Assembly: GCA_965204835.1 (NCBI GenBank)
Contig: OZ242017.1
Span: forward strand, 290,336 to 354,335
Length of the DNA: 64,000 nucleotides
Direction: 5' to 3'
Origin: Dehalococcoidia bacterium
Lineage (GTDB): Bacteria; Chloroflexota; Dehalococcoidia; UBA2979
The notes below the pieces were generated by a model. The model saw only the letters and a list, made by a program, of their open reading frames with translations, was not told the origin of the DNA and did no database searches. Position numbers and translations under genes: made by a program. Each line of letters opens with the position of its first letter. Position 1 is the stretch's first letter. Positions 31,498-41,147 of this stretch are shown piece by piece.

Positions 31498-32481
31498 CTA
31501 GCGGAAGAGCTCGCCGACGGAACCGCCGGTGTGAATGCGGTGCATCGCGTCGCCGAAGTACGGCGCGACCGAGAGCACGTGCGTGGGCACATGCTGGAAG
31601 GCGCCGTCGGCGATCGGCACGGTGTCGGTAAAGACCAGCTCGGAGATGTCGGTCGTGTCCAGGCGCTCGAAGGCGGCGCCCGCGAACAGCGGGTGGATGG
31701 TGCCGACGTAGACCGACCGCGCGCGGTTGCGGCGCAGCAGCTCGAGCGCGCTCGCGACGGTGCCGCCGGTCAGGATCTCGTCGTCGACGATGATCGCGTC
31801 GCGGTCCTCGACCTCGCCGATGATGGTCATCGCCTCGGCCTGCTCGTCGTTGGAGGTGCGGCGCTTGTCGACGATGGCGAGCTCGGCGCCGAGGCGCTCG
31901 GCGACGTCGCGCGCTCCCTTTGCGCCGCCGACGTCGGTGGCGACGATGACCGGGCGCGGGAGGTTGAGCGAGCGGAAGTACTCGGCGATGTGCGGCTGGG
32001 CGTGGAGCTCGTCCAGCGGGATGTTGAAGAAGCCCTGGATCTGGCCCGCGTGCAGGTCCATCGTCAGCACGCGGTCCGCCCCGGCCACCTCGATGAAGTT
32101 GGCGACGAGGCGCGCGGTGATGGGGACGCGGGGCTGGTCCTTCTTGTCGGAGCGGCCGTACGCGAAGTACGGGATCACCGCCGTGATGCGGCCCGCCGAG
32201 GCCCGCTTGGCGGCGTCGATCATGATGAACAGCTCCATCAGGCTGGTGTTCACCGGCGGAGCGATCGGCTGGATCAGGAAGACGTCGCGCTCGCGGATGT
32301 TGTCCAGGAAGCGCACGAAGATGTTGCCGTTGGAGAACTCGAAGACCTCGTTGCGCCCCAGGGGCATCTCGAGGTGCTTGCAGACGGCCTCGGCGAACTC
32401 ACGGTGCGCGTTGCCGCTGAACACCGCCATCTCGCGATAGACGCCAAGGTTGTCCGGCTCGTTCATGCCTCCACCAACCAC
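31498..32481 (-). CDS. prs: Ribose-phosphate pyrophosphokinase
   Basis: 327 aa. ...DLHAGQIQGFF..., PRPP loop AIIVDDEILTGGT. The start may instead be ATG 32466. Confidence 0.92.
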   Translation of the reverse strand: MVGGGMNEPDNLGVYREMAVFSGNAHREFAEAVCKHLEMPLGRNEVFEFSNGNIFVRFLDNIRERDVFLIQPIAPPVNTSLMELFIMIDAAKRASAGRITAVIPYFAYGRSDKKDQPRVPITARLVANFIEVAGADRVLTMDLHAGQIQGFFNIPLDELHAQPHIAEYFRSLNLPRPVIVATDVGGAKGARDVAERLGAELAIVDKRRTSNDEQAEAMTIIGEVEDRDAIIVDDEILTGGTVASALELLRRNRARSVYVGTIHPLFAGAAFERLDTTDISELVFTDTVPIADGAFQHVPTHVLSVAPYFGDAMHRIHTGGSVGELFR

Positions 32482-32663
32482 TCTGCGCTACCCGCGCTGC
32501 GTCGTGCGTATCATGCGTCGCCGGAACGCTGACGGCGCCGGGAAGCGACGCTGTGACGCCGCGCGCGGGCCCGCTTCGGCGGGGGTGCTCCGATGGTACC
32601 ATGAGGGCCCCGCAGGCTCGCGGTGAGCCTGGGCCGCATCGACCGAGGAAATGGGCCGCCGCC

Positions 32664-33836
32664 ATGGATTTTGAGTTCACACCGGACGAGGAACGCTTCC
32701 GCGAAGAGCTGCACCAGTTGCTGCTCTCCAACCTCCCCGGTGACTGGGCGAAGCGCGGCCTGGCCGAGCCCATCGACTCCGAGGAGCGCCACGCCCTCGC
32801 AGACGTGATCTCCAAGCAGCTCGCCGACCGCAAGTGGCTGACCATGGCCTGGCCCGAGAAGTTCGGCGGCCTCGATGCCTCCTACCTCATGCAGTACCTC
32901 TTCAACGAGGAGATGGCCTACCTCGACGCGCCCGGCGGCGGCGGCGTCGGCGTCACCTCCGTCGGCCCCGCGATCATGATGTACGGCAACGAGGAGCAGC
33001 AGCGCATCTACCTCCCGCGCATCGCCAACGCCGACGACCGCTGGGCCGCGCTCTACTCCGAGCCCGGCGCCGGATCCGACCTCGCCTCGATCCAGACGCG
33101 CGCCGTCCGCGACGGCGACGAGTACGTCATCAACGGCCTCAAGACCTGGGTCGCCGGCGCGGACCGCGCGACCATGGGCTGGCTCGCCGCCCGCACCGAC
33201 CCCTCGGCCCCCAAGCACCGCGGCCTCTCCACCTTCGCCGTCCCCATGGACGACCCGGGCGTCGAGATCCGCCCCGTCGAGAACCTCGCCGGCGAGCGCC
33301 AGCTCTCCGAGGTGATCCTCCACGACGTACGCGTGCCCGTCGAAAACCGGGTCGGCCCCGAGAACCGCGGCTGGTACCACATCGCCTCGACGCTCGACTT
33401 CGAGCGCTCCGGCGTCTCCTCGTACGCGCGCGGCAAGCGCCATATCGAGCAGCTCGTGGATCTCGTGAAGGAGAACTCGTCGCTGTCCGAGGAGCGCGCG
33501 GCGGTGCGCTACGAGCTGGCGGACCGCTGGATCGAGTTGCAAGTCGGCTTCAACGTCGCCCAGCGCATCCCGTGGCTGCAGACGCAGGGCATCTCGCCGA
33601 ACCACGAGGCGTCGGTCTCCAAGGTCTACGGCTCTGAGATGACGCAGCGCATCGCCGGCACCGGCGTGCGGCTGCTCGGCATGGCGGGGCTGCTCCAGCG
33701 CGGCACGGACGGCGCGCCAGCGGGCGGCGCCTTCGCGCGCCACTACCTGACCTCCGCCGGCAGCACGATCGCGGCCGGCACGTCGGAGATCCAGCGCAAC
33801 ATCATCGCCCAGCGCGGGCTCGGCCTGCCGAGGTAG
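32664..33836 (+). CDS. Acyl-CoA dehydrogenase family protein
   Basis: 390 aa from ATG 32664. MDFEFTPDEERFREEL..., ...ALYSEPGAGSDLASI.TRA...GDEYVING.K.W..., C-terminal GTSEIQRNIIAQRGLGLPR. Confidence 0.9.
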   Translation: MDFEFTPDEERFREELHQLLLSNLPGDWAKRGLAEPIDSEERHALADVISKQLADRKWLTMAWPEKFGGLDASYLMQYLFNEEMAYLDAPGGGGVGVTSVGPAIMMYGNEEQQRIYLPRIANADDRWAALYSEPGAGSDLASIQTRAVRDGDEYVINGLKTWVAGADRATMGWLAARTDPSAPKHRGLSTFAVPMDDPGVEIRPVENLAGERQLSEVILHDVRVPVENRVGPENRGWYHIASTLDFERSGVSSYARGKRHIEQLVDLVKENSSLSEERAAVRYELADRWIELQVGFNVAQRIPWLQTQGISPNHEASVSKVYGSEMTQRIAGTGVRLLGMAGLLQRGTDGAPAGGAFARHYLTSAGSTIAAGTSEIQRNIIAQRGLGLPR

Positions 33837-33856
33837 GCGCGAGGCGGAGGCGACCG

Positions 33857-34117
33857 ATGACGAGCATCACGCTGCATGACCTCGACGACGGCGTCGCCGC
33901 GGCGCTGCGCGCCCGCGCCGCGAAGCACGGCCGCTCGGTCGAGCAGGAGGCCTGCGCCATCTTGGGTGAGGTCGTGGGCGTCGAGGACGGGGACGAAGTC
34001 GAGTCACCGCCTGAGAAGCTCGGCACCGCGATCCACGAACTCTTCAAGCCGTTCGGCATCAAGGAACTCCCGATCCCGCCGCGCGAACCCGCGCGCGAAC
34101 CCCCAACGTTCGACTGA
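33857..34117 (+). CDS. FitA/VapB-like antitoxin (Arc/RHH type)
   Basis: 86 aa. MTSITLHDLDDGVAAALRARAAKHGRSVEQEACAIL. Lies directly upstream of a PIN gene. Confidence 0.72.
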   Translation: MTSITLHDLDDGVAAALRARAAKHGRSVEQEACAILGEVVGVEDGDEVESPPEKLGTAIHELFKPFGIKELPIPPREPAREPPTFD

Positions 34118-34128
34118 ATCTGACCGCG

Positions 34129-34566
34129 GTGATTGTTCTCGACACGAACGTCGTGTCTGAACTTATGAGAGACCGGCCGGAACCTGGCGTGCTCGCGTGG
34201 GTCGACTCACGGACTTCCGCCGACCTGTTCGTCACGGCGGTTACGGAGGCGGAGATTCGAGTTGGGATCGTCACCCTGCCAATGGGCCGTCGGCGTGGCG
34301 AGCTAGAGGCGGCGGCGGCACGGGTGCTTGAGAGGTTCTTCGCCGGGCGAGTGCTCCCGCTCGACTGGCGGGCCGCCCGTCAGTACGCCTCCGTTGTGGC
34401 CGAACGGAGCGCCGCGGGGCGACCCATCGGGGCCTTCGACGGCCTGATCGCGGCGATCGCCCGCGCTCGCGGAGCCGCAATAGCGACACGCGACGTCGGT
34501 GGGTTCGAGGGCCTGGGGATCGAGGTGGTGAACCCGTGGGAGGGCGCTGGCGCGGTTCCTCGCTAA
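34129..34566 (+). CDS. vapC: PIN-domain toxin VapC (FitB-like)
   Basis: 145 aa, GTG start. MIVLDTNVVSEL... (Asp), ...VTEAEI... (Glu), ...FDGLIAAIA... (Asp), ...ATRD (Asp). Confidence 0.85.
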   Translation: MIVLDTNVVSELMRDRPEPGVLAWVDSRTSADLFVTAVTEAEIRVGIVTLPMGRRRGELEAAAARVLERFFAGRVLPLDWRAARQYASVVAERSAAGRPIGAFDGLIAAIARARGAAIATRDVGGFEGLGIEVVNPWEGAGAVPR

Positions 34567-35123
34567 GCGCTGAGCAGTGCGATGGCGCGGCGGAGGTGGT
34601 CGTCCTCCAGGAACGGCGCGCCCTGCGACTCCTTGAGCTCGCCCGCCTTCGCCAGCACCTCGGCCCGCGACATGCCGGGCGGTGGCTCCGTCGTCCACGC
34701 GATGAGGGCGATGAGCACCTGGTTGGGGTCCTCGAGGAACACCAACCGCTCGTAGCCGCGGCGGATCTCCTCGCTCGCCTGCAGGCCCGCCGACGAGAGC
34801 CGGAAGTACGCCTGGTCGATGAACTCGCCGCTCACGTTCAGCGTGAGGTACTGCATCGAGCCGACGCCCGGGCTGGACTCGGCGATGTTGATGCCCTCGC
34901 GGTTGGGGCCGACGAGGAGCAGGTAGTCCTCGCCGCCCGCGTGCAGGAGCACCTGCACCGAGTCCTGGTCGTCGCGGTTGGGCTCCATGAAGAGGCGCCG
35001 CATGCCGAGCTTCTCGTAGAAGTCGATGCTGGCCTGCATGTCCTTGCAGATAATGGCCGGGTAGCCGAGGCCGCGCAGCTCCATGCCGTCCGCCTTTCGC
35101 TCGGGGTCCGACGTGCTCCGCAC
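34563..35123 (-). CDS. VOC/glyoxalase-family protein
   Basis: 186 aa. ...GLGYPAIICKDMQASIDFYEKLGM... The start may be ATG 35084. Confidence 0.65.
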   Translation of the reverse strand: MRSTSDPERKADGMELRGLGYPAIICKDMQASIDFYEKLGMRRLFMEPNRDDQDSVQVLLHAGGEDYLLLVGPNREGINIAESSPGVGSMQYLTLNVSGEFIDQAYFRLSSAGLQASEEIRRGYERLVFLEDPNQVLIALIAWTTEPPPGMSRAEVLAKAGELKESQGAPFLEDDHLRRAIALLSA

Positions 35124-35209
35124 GTCCCGACACGACTCTAGGCGGTTATGGCGACCCGCGCAGCCTCGACGCCGCGAGGCGGGCGCGGGCCGGGCGCTAT
35201 CATCCGACC

Positions 35210-35689
35210 GTGCCGACCTCCCCCGATCCGCAGCGGTTCACCGCCCCGCTCCGCAAGCTCGCGATGAACTACTGCGTCGACGTGCCACCCGACGCGAGCC
35301 GCGCCCTCGCCGGCGACCCGCCGGAGCGCTACGTCCGCGTCGAGGGCACGGCGAACGGCCACCCGTTCGCGACGCGCTTCACGCCCCGCGGCGGGGGCGC
35401 CTACCGCCTCTTCCTCGACGGTGACGTGCGCTCGGCAGCCGGCATCGACGTCGGCGACGACGTGGCGATCGAGGTCGCCCGCGTCGACATCCCGCCCGAG
35501 CCACCACTCCCAGACGACCTGCGCGAGGCGCTGTCCGCCCTCGACGGCGGCGTGGAGGCGTTCGCCGCCCTCACCGAGGCGCAGCGCACCGGCATGCTCG
35601 CCTTCGTCGAGCGTGCGAGGACTGCCGGGACGCGGGCGAGGTATGTGGAGCGGGTGGTGGAGGAGGCCCGGCGGCGCCTCGATCGGTGA
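35210..35689 (+). CDS. DUF1905 plus YdeI-like C-terminal domain protein
   Basis: 159 aa. ...YVRVEGTANGHPFATRFTPRGGGAYRLFLDGDVRSAAGIDVGDDV... then ...DLREAL......AF..L...QR......V. Family recalled from memory. Confidence 0.6.
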   Translation: MPTSPDPQRFTAPLRKLAMNYCVDVPPDASRALAGDPPERYVRVEGTANGHPFATRFTPRGGGAYRLFLDGDVRSAAGIDVGDDVAIEVARVDIPPEPPLPDDLREALSALDGGVEAFAALTEAQRTGMLAFVERARTAGTRARYVERVVEEARRRLDR

Positions 35690-35762
35690 CCAGCGTCCCT
35701 AGTCGAGTTGTGCCGTGACCTTGACGCCCTGGATGCTCGAAACCTAGACTCCCCGCTTTCCC

Positions 35763-38039
35763 GTGGAGGCTGGCGTGCGCGCCAGAGCCCGGAGGATCGC
35801 CGTGCGTGTGCGGGAGTCGCTTCCACTCATCTTCGCTTGCCTGCTAATGGCAGGCCTCATTGGGGGCGCGATTCTCGAGCGACAGGGCCGCAGCGGCCCA
35901 CCGGGTCGCGGACACGAACTCAGGGCTCCGATCGTGGTCACGTACGCGGGCGGGCCGGGGGAGATCGTGCTCGATTGGAGGAACGAAGCCGCGAGGGTCG
36001 TGCGCTGGCAGTACCGCATGGTGGATGCGAATGGCGAACCGGGGGCTGCATGGAGGGACGTACCCGGGAGCAGCCACGCCACGCGCCAGTTCCGGATCGG
36101 CGGCCTGGACGAGTACACGCCATACACGTTCGAAGTGCGGCCCGTGCTGACGGGCGAGCCTGCATTCAAGGCTGGCGATCCGCTCGACGCCCGGAACTGG
36201 GGCGCGACGACGCTCTTCGTGGGAGACGACGGCATCCCGTGGATACGAGAGCATGCGTTGGTCGAGGGCGGTCGCACGTTACGCGTCGATCGGTCGGACT
36301 ACGTTATCGATGTGCCTGCGGGCATGGTCCTTGGACTCAGAGGCCTGTCACTCCACATGGACGGTTCATTTTCGGGTGCGCTCGAGGACTGGATCAGCGG
36401 TTCCGCTCTGATCGTCAGGGCCGGCGAGTACGTCGCAAGGCGCGTCGCGTGGGCGCCCGAGGGTGATCCCTGGGCGGTCGGGCTCCCGAATCCAGGTGTG
36501 GTCAACGAGTGGTTCGACCAGATCGTCGCGTCGACAAGGCGCATCCCACGCTCTGGGCCGAGCCCCGAGGAGCGCGCCGGCAGCTGCGCATCCGGGGCCG
36601 TCACATTCGATCCTGCGTCCACGCCGGGCCTCGCCACCGACTGTGGAGCACTGAACGTCGCTCAGAGGGCGTGGTCCGACGGTGTGGTGAACTGGGACAC
36701 TGATACCCCGATTGAGCAATGGGACGGTGTAACGGTCGGGGGCGTGCCGCTCCGCGTACTGCGGATTGAACTCCCCGATCGCGGCATCGCAGGAACCATC
36801 GACCCGGCGTTCGCCCGCCTGAGTGCCCTCACACACCTGGACCTGAGCGGCAACGAGTTGACGGGCGAAATCCCACCGGATCTTGGTGCACTCACGGATC
36901 TGCGCACCCTGTATCTCGCCGGGAACCCCTTCCTGCCGGGATGTGTCCCAGGAGCGCTGCGCGAGATTCCCGAGAATGACCTCGACAAGACCCTCCTTCC
37001 CACGTGTTTCGCGCCGTCCGCGGGGCTCGAGTTGGAGATCAGGGCATGGGAGGAGCGGCCGATACCTGATGTGGTGGCCGCGCGAGCTCCAGGGACGTTG
37101 CGCACGACGATGGTCGTAGGCGAAGGCCAGCGTCTCATGGTCAAGGCCCTGCGGGCGCCCTGGGCGCCGGTCACGGTGGAGTTCCTCACAGGGAAGGACG
37201 GCGAGGTCCGGATTGTGCCGAGGGCGGTTCGATTCGAGGCGGGCCTGCCGGGTCAGTCGCAGGACGTGCGACTGACCGCGCTGCGGCCGGGCGACGATAT
37301 CGAGATCGTGATCCGTACCACGTCGACGGGTGACCGGGAGTTCGATGATCTTCGGGACTCCACCCTGCTCGTCACGGTCCCATCCACGCATCTGCGCGCA
37401 CTCGTCGGCGGCGGAGCGGACGAGACCGCGCTCGAATGGAACACCGTTGAGCAGGGTGTTGAGCGCTGGCAGTACCGGCGTGTGGTCGAAGCAGGCGACA
37501 ACAGGGACGCGCCCTGGGTGGACGTGCCTGACAGCGACGGGAGCACGAGGAGTCTTCGCGTCGCAAACGAACCCGAGGGATGGTCGTTCCCAGAGTTCAC
37601 GGTGCGCCCCTGGACGGCAAGTGGAGCAGGCCGTCCCTCCAATGTGGTGACGGCCCCTGCGGCGGATGTGGCGCCAGACGGCATCCCCATCGTGTATCAG
37701 GGGACTGATGTCGAGAGTGGCAGGAGTTACCGCTCCGTGGGCTTCGACTACGTGGTCGATGTCCCGCCGGACATGCGCCTGAGGTTCGGATTCCAGGTCG
37801 GCGACACGCATGCAGATGGGGTCGGCCAGGTACTGGTAGACCTCGCGACCGGCTCATGGATCTTGCTCTGGTCCGACGGGCGCGTCCGGGCACGGGTGAT
37901 CGCCTCCCCGGAAGTGGCCGGCGAACCCGGCAGCGTTGCCTCGCTGCGGCACGCGCGGGAAGCCAATCGGCGGTTCGACCAGTTGCTCGACTCGTTGCGC
38001 CGAGTTCCGCTCAACACCGGCGACAATAGTGGCCACTAG
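35763..38039 (+). CDS. Membrane-anchored/secreted protein: two copies of an FN3-like plus unknown-domain module flanking leucine-rich repeats
   Basis: 758 aa. N-terminal hydrophobic segment SLPLIFACLLMAGLIGGAIL. LRR LSALTHLDLSGNELTGEIPPDLGALTDLRTLYLAGNPF. Module A about 35960-36550 and module B about 37430-38010 share ...RWQYR...W.DVP.S...R......VRP......DGIP......GR..R...DYV.DVP..M.L.......FDQ...S.RR.P. Start codon uncertain. Confidence 0.7.
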   Translation: MEAGVRARARRIAVRVRESLPLIFACLLMAGLIGGAILERQGRSGPPGRGHELRAPIVVTYAGGPGEIVLDWRNEAARVVRWQYRMVDANGEPGAAWRDVPGSSHATRQFRIGGLDEYTPYTFEVRPVLTGEPAFKAGDPLDARNWGATTLFVGDDGIPWIREHALVEGGRTLRVDRSDYVIDVPAGMVLGLRGLSLHMDGSFSGALEDWISGSALIVRAGEYVARRVAWAPEGDPWAVGLPNPGVVNEWFDQIVASTRRIPRSGPSPEERAGSCASGAVTFDPASTPGLATDCGALNVAQRAWSDGVVNWDTDTPIEQWDGVTVGGVPLRVLRIELPDRGIAGTIDPAFARLSALTHLDLSGNELTGEIPPDLGALTDLRTLYLAGNPFLPGCVPGALREIPENDLDKTLLPTCFAPSAGLELEIRAWEERPIPDVVAARAPGTLRTTMVVGEGQRLMVKALRAPWAPVTVEFLTGKDGEVRIVPRAVRFEAGLPGQSQDVRLTALRPGDDIEIVIRTTSTGDREFDDLRDSTLLVTVPSTHLRALVGGGADETALEWNTVEQGVERWQYRRVVEAGDNRDAPWVDVPDSDGSTRSLRVANEPEGWSFPEFTVRPWTASGAGRPSNVVTAPAADVAPDGIPIVYQGTDVESGRSYRSVGFDYVVDVPPDMRLRFGFQVGDTHADGVGQVLVDLATGSWILLWSDGRVRARVIASPEVAGEPGSVASLRHAREANRRFDQLLDSLRRVPLNTGDNSGH

Positions 38040-38170
38040 GGCCGCGCCGCGTTGACCCCTCCCGACCCCCTGCCTACCATCCCCATATGCACCAACGCCC
38101 GCACCGCGACGTAGTAGTAGCCGGCGGCGGCTAGCCCGGCCCGCGCATCGAGGGCCGTGCCGGTCGCCTG

Positions 38171-38190
38171 CGCCCCGCAACTGCGGGGCG
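38171..38190 (+). promoter_or_regulatory. Terminator-like hairpin in the valS leader
   Basis: CGCCCCGC-AACT-GCGGGGCG followed by TCGCTTTGCC, 61 nt upstream of the valS GTG. A TTGACC-17-TACCAT promoter-like pair starts near 38053. Confidence 0.35.
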
Positions 38191-38251
38191 TCGCTTTGCC
38201 CAGCTACACGCCCCATCCATCGAGGAACCCCAGACACCGAGGAGCCCGCCC

Positions 38252-40963
38252 GTGACCTCAGATTCCGCGACGTTCGCCGCTCCTGAGATGGCGACCGCCT
38301 ACGACCCCTCGCAGGTCGAGGAGCGCGTGTACGACGCCTGGGAGCAGGCCGGGGCGTTCCGACCGCAGGGCGGCGAGCGGCCGTTCACCGTGATCATGCC
38401 GCCGCCCAACCTCACCGGGGAGCTCCACATCGGCCACGCGCTCACCGTCGCCGTCGAGGACGCGCTGGTGCGCTGGCACCGCATGCTCGGCGACGACACG
38501 CTGTGGCTGCCTGGCGTCGACCACGCCGCCATCGCCGTCAACGCGCTCGTCGAGCGCGAGCTCGCCGCGGAGGGCATCTCGCGGCACGACATCGGGCGCG
38601 AGGCGTTCCTGGAGCGCGTCTGGCAGTTCGTCGGGCGCTCGCGCTCGCGGATTGCCGAGCAGCACCGGCGGCTGGGCGCGTCGGCGGACTGGGAGCGCGA
38701 GGCGTTCACAATGGACGAGGCGCGGCAGCGCGCCGTGCGCCAGACGTTCGTGAACCTCTACGAGGACGGCCTGATCTACCGCGGCGAGCGCATCATCAAC
38801 TGGTGCGTCGACTGCGGCACCGCTCTCTCGGACCTCGAGGTCGAGCACGACGACGAGCCCGGCGCGTTCTGGCACTTCCGCTACCCGGTGCTGGACGACG
38901 ACAACCAGCCGACGGATGAGTACCTGGTCATCGCCACCACGCGGCCCGAGACCATCCCGGCCGACACCGGCGTCGCCGTGAACCCCGAGGACGAGCGCTA
39001 CCAGCACCTGCTGGGGCGTAACGTGCTCGTGCCGACCTCGGACCGGCCGGTGCCGGTCGTCCCCGACGATGCGGTGAGCATCGAGGCGGGGTCGGGCGCG
39101 CTGAAGGTCACGCCCGGCCACGACCCGGTCGACTTCGACATCGGCCAGCGCCACGGCCTGCCCGTGCTCAACATCATCGACGCCGACGGCAACCTCACCG
39201 AGGACGCCGGCAAGTACGCGGGCATGGAGCGCTTCGAGGCGCGCGACCGCGTGGTCGAGGACCTCGACGCGGCGGGGCTGCTGGAGCGCACCGAGGAGTA
39301 CACGCATTCGGTCGGCCACTGCCAGCGCTCCGGCACGATCGTCGAGCCGATCATCTCCGAGCAGTGGTTCGTGCGGGCCGAGCCGCTGGCGACGCCGGCG
39401 ATCGAGGCGGTGCGCGACGGCCGCATCGAGTTCGTGCCGAAGCGGTTCGAGCGGACGTACTTCCACTGGATGGAGAACATCCGCGACTGGACCATCAGCC
39501 GCCAGATCTGGTGGGGCCACCGCATCCCCGTCTGGTACTGCGACGGCTGCTCCGAGACCATCGTCGCCGTCGAGAATCCCGACGGCTGCCCGGAGTGCGG
39601 CGCTGAGCTGCGCCAGGACGAGGACACGCTCGACACGTGGTTCTCGTCGGGGCTGTGGCCGCACTCGACCCTCGGATGGCCGGAGGACGACGCGGACGAC
39701 CTCGGCCGGTTCTATCCGACGCAGGTCATGGAGACCGGCTACGACATCATCTTCTTCTGGGTCGCGCGCATGGTGATGCTCTCGCTCTACAACATGCGCG
39801 AACTCGGCGACGACGCGATCCCGTTCGAGACGGTCTACCTGCACGGCCTCGTGCGCGCCCCGGACGGGCGCAAGATGTCGAAGACGCTCGGCAACGTCGT
39901 CGACCCGCTCGACATGATCGGGCAGTACGGCACCGACGCGCTGCGCTACGCGCTCATCTCCGGCACGTCACCCGGCAACGACCAGCGCATCACGGACGAC
40001 CGCCTCGAGGCGGGCCGCAACTTCGCGAACAAGCTGTGGAACGCCAGCCGCCTCGTGCTCACGCTCATCGAACAGGAGGGGCTCACCCGCGACGACCTCG
40101 CGCTGCCGGCGGTGGGCGACGCGCGACTGCTGCGCGAGGACCGCTGGGCGCTCTCGCGCCTCGAGCGCACCGTGGAGCTCGTCGACGAGCTGCTGCGCAA
40201 GTTCGAGCTTGCCGAGGCGCTGCGCCAGACGCGCGACTTCTTCTGGGACGAGCTCGCCGACTGGTACCTCGAGCTGGCGAAGGTGCGCGTCCGTGGGGGC
40301 GACACCACGCCGCTGCCGGTGATGCTGCACGCGCTGGACACGGTGCTGCGGCTGCTGCACCCGTTCATGCCGTTCGTGACCGAGGAGCTGTGGCAGCGGC
40401 TCACCCCGCTCCGCCCCGCGGCCGAGGACGCCTCGCAGCTCATCGTCGCGCGCTACCCGGTCCCCGACGCGGCACGCTTCGACGACGAGGCGGAGCGTGA
40501 GCTGGCGGCGGTGCAGGACTTCGTGCGCGCGATCCGCAACGTCCGCGCCGAGCGGCGCGTCGACGCCGGCCGCTGGGTCGAGGCGTACATCGTCGGCGCC
40601 GAGGCGGCCGAGGCCGCGCGCGGCACGGCCGAGGCGCTCGGCCAGCTGGCGCGCGTGCGCCCGCTGCACGTCGTCGACGCGCCGGACGAGGCGCCCTCGG
40701 ACGGCGTGGTGACGTCGGTGCTGCCGGTCGGCCGGGTGGTGCTGCCGATGGCGGGGCTGTTCGACCTCGACGCCGAGCGGTCGAGACTGCAGAAGCAGAT
40801 CGACGACGCGACGAACGAGGTGCAGCGGCTGGAGCGGAAGCTCGCCAACGAGCAGTTCCGCACGCGCGCCCCGGCCGAGGTGGTCGCGAAGGAGGAGGAG
40901 CGCCTCCAGACGGCAGGCGGCCGCCTGCGCGGCCTCGAGGAGTCGCTGGCGGAGATCAGCTAG
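38252..40963 (+). CDS. valS: Valine--tRNA ligase
   Basis: 903 aa. HIGH region PPPNLTGELHIGHAL, KMSKS region GRKMSKTLGN, C-terminal coiled coil. Confidence 0.98.
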   Translation: MTSDSATFAAPEMATAYDPSQVEERVYDAWEQAGAFRPQGGERPFTVIMPPPNLTGELHIGHALTVAVEDALVRWHRMLGDDTLWLPGVDHAAIAVNALVERELAAEGISRHDIGREAFLERVWQFVGRSRSRIAEQHRRLGASADWEREAFTMDEARQRAVRQTFVNLYEDGLIYRGERIINWCVDCGTALSDLEVEHDDEPGAFWHFRYPVLDDDNQPTDEYLVIATTRPETIPADTGVAVNPEDERYQHLLGRNVLVPTSDRPVPVVPDDAVSIEAGSGALKVTPGHDPVDFDIGQRHGLPVLNIIDADGNLTEDAGKYAGMERFEARDRVVEDLDAAGLLERTEEYTHSVGHCQRSGTIVEPIISEQWFVRAEPLATPAIEAVRDGRIEFVPKRFERTYFHWMENIRDWTISRQIWWGHRIPVWYCDGCSETIVAVENPDGCPECGAELRQDEDTLDTWFSSGLWPHSTLGWPEDDADDLGRFYPTQVMETGYDIIFFWVARMVMLSLYNMRELGDDAIPFETVYLHGLVRAPDGRKMSKTLGNVVDPLDMIGQYGTDALRYALISGTSPGNDQRITDDRLEAGRNFANKLWNASRLVLTLIEQEGLTRDDLALPAVGDARLLREDRWALSRLERTVELVDELLRKFELAEALRQTRDFFWDELADWYLELAKVRVRGGDTTPLPVMLHALDTVLRLLHPFMPFVTEELWQRLTPLRPAAEDASQLIVARYPVPDAARFDDEAERELAAVQDFVRAIRNVRAERRVDAGRWVEAYIVGAEAAEAARGTAEALGQLARVRPLHVVDAPDEAPSDGVVTSVLPVGRVVLPMAGLFDLDAERSRLQKQIDDATNEVQRLERKLANEQFRTRAPAEVVAKEEERLQTAGGRLRGLEESLAEIS

Positions 40964-40964
40964 C
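40916..40964 (+). repeat. Direct repeat A, the authentic 3-prime end of valS
   Basis: GGCGGCCGCCTGCGCGGCCTCGAGGAGTCGCTGGCGGAGATCAGCTAGC. By my hand count, 43 of 49 nt are identical to 41663-41711. Confidence 0.85.
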
Positions 40965-41147
40965 TGCTACCACGAGGCCCCTGACCCGGGCGCTTCAGGC
41001 CTGTGGGCCCCGTGCGTGCGAGCCCGCGCCGCTGGGCGGGACGCGAAGTGGCGTGTGCTACGCTCGTTGAGCAGAGTGGCACTGGTTTTCGGGCGCCACG
41101 CTGAGCCCTATGCGCCAATGAGACCCTCGACGCGGGAGCATCCAGCC

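Noticed and set aside
38040-38251. T-box riboswitch upstream of valS
   Set aside because: The leader is only about 200 nt. I could not find the conserved T-box sequence or a specifier-loop arrangement; only a terminator-like hairpin is present.
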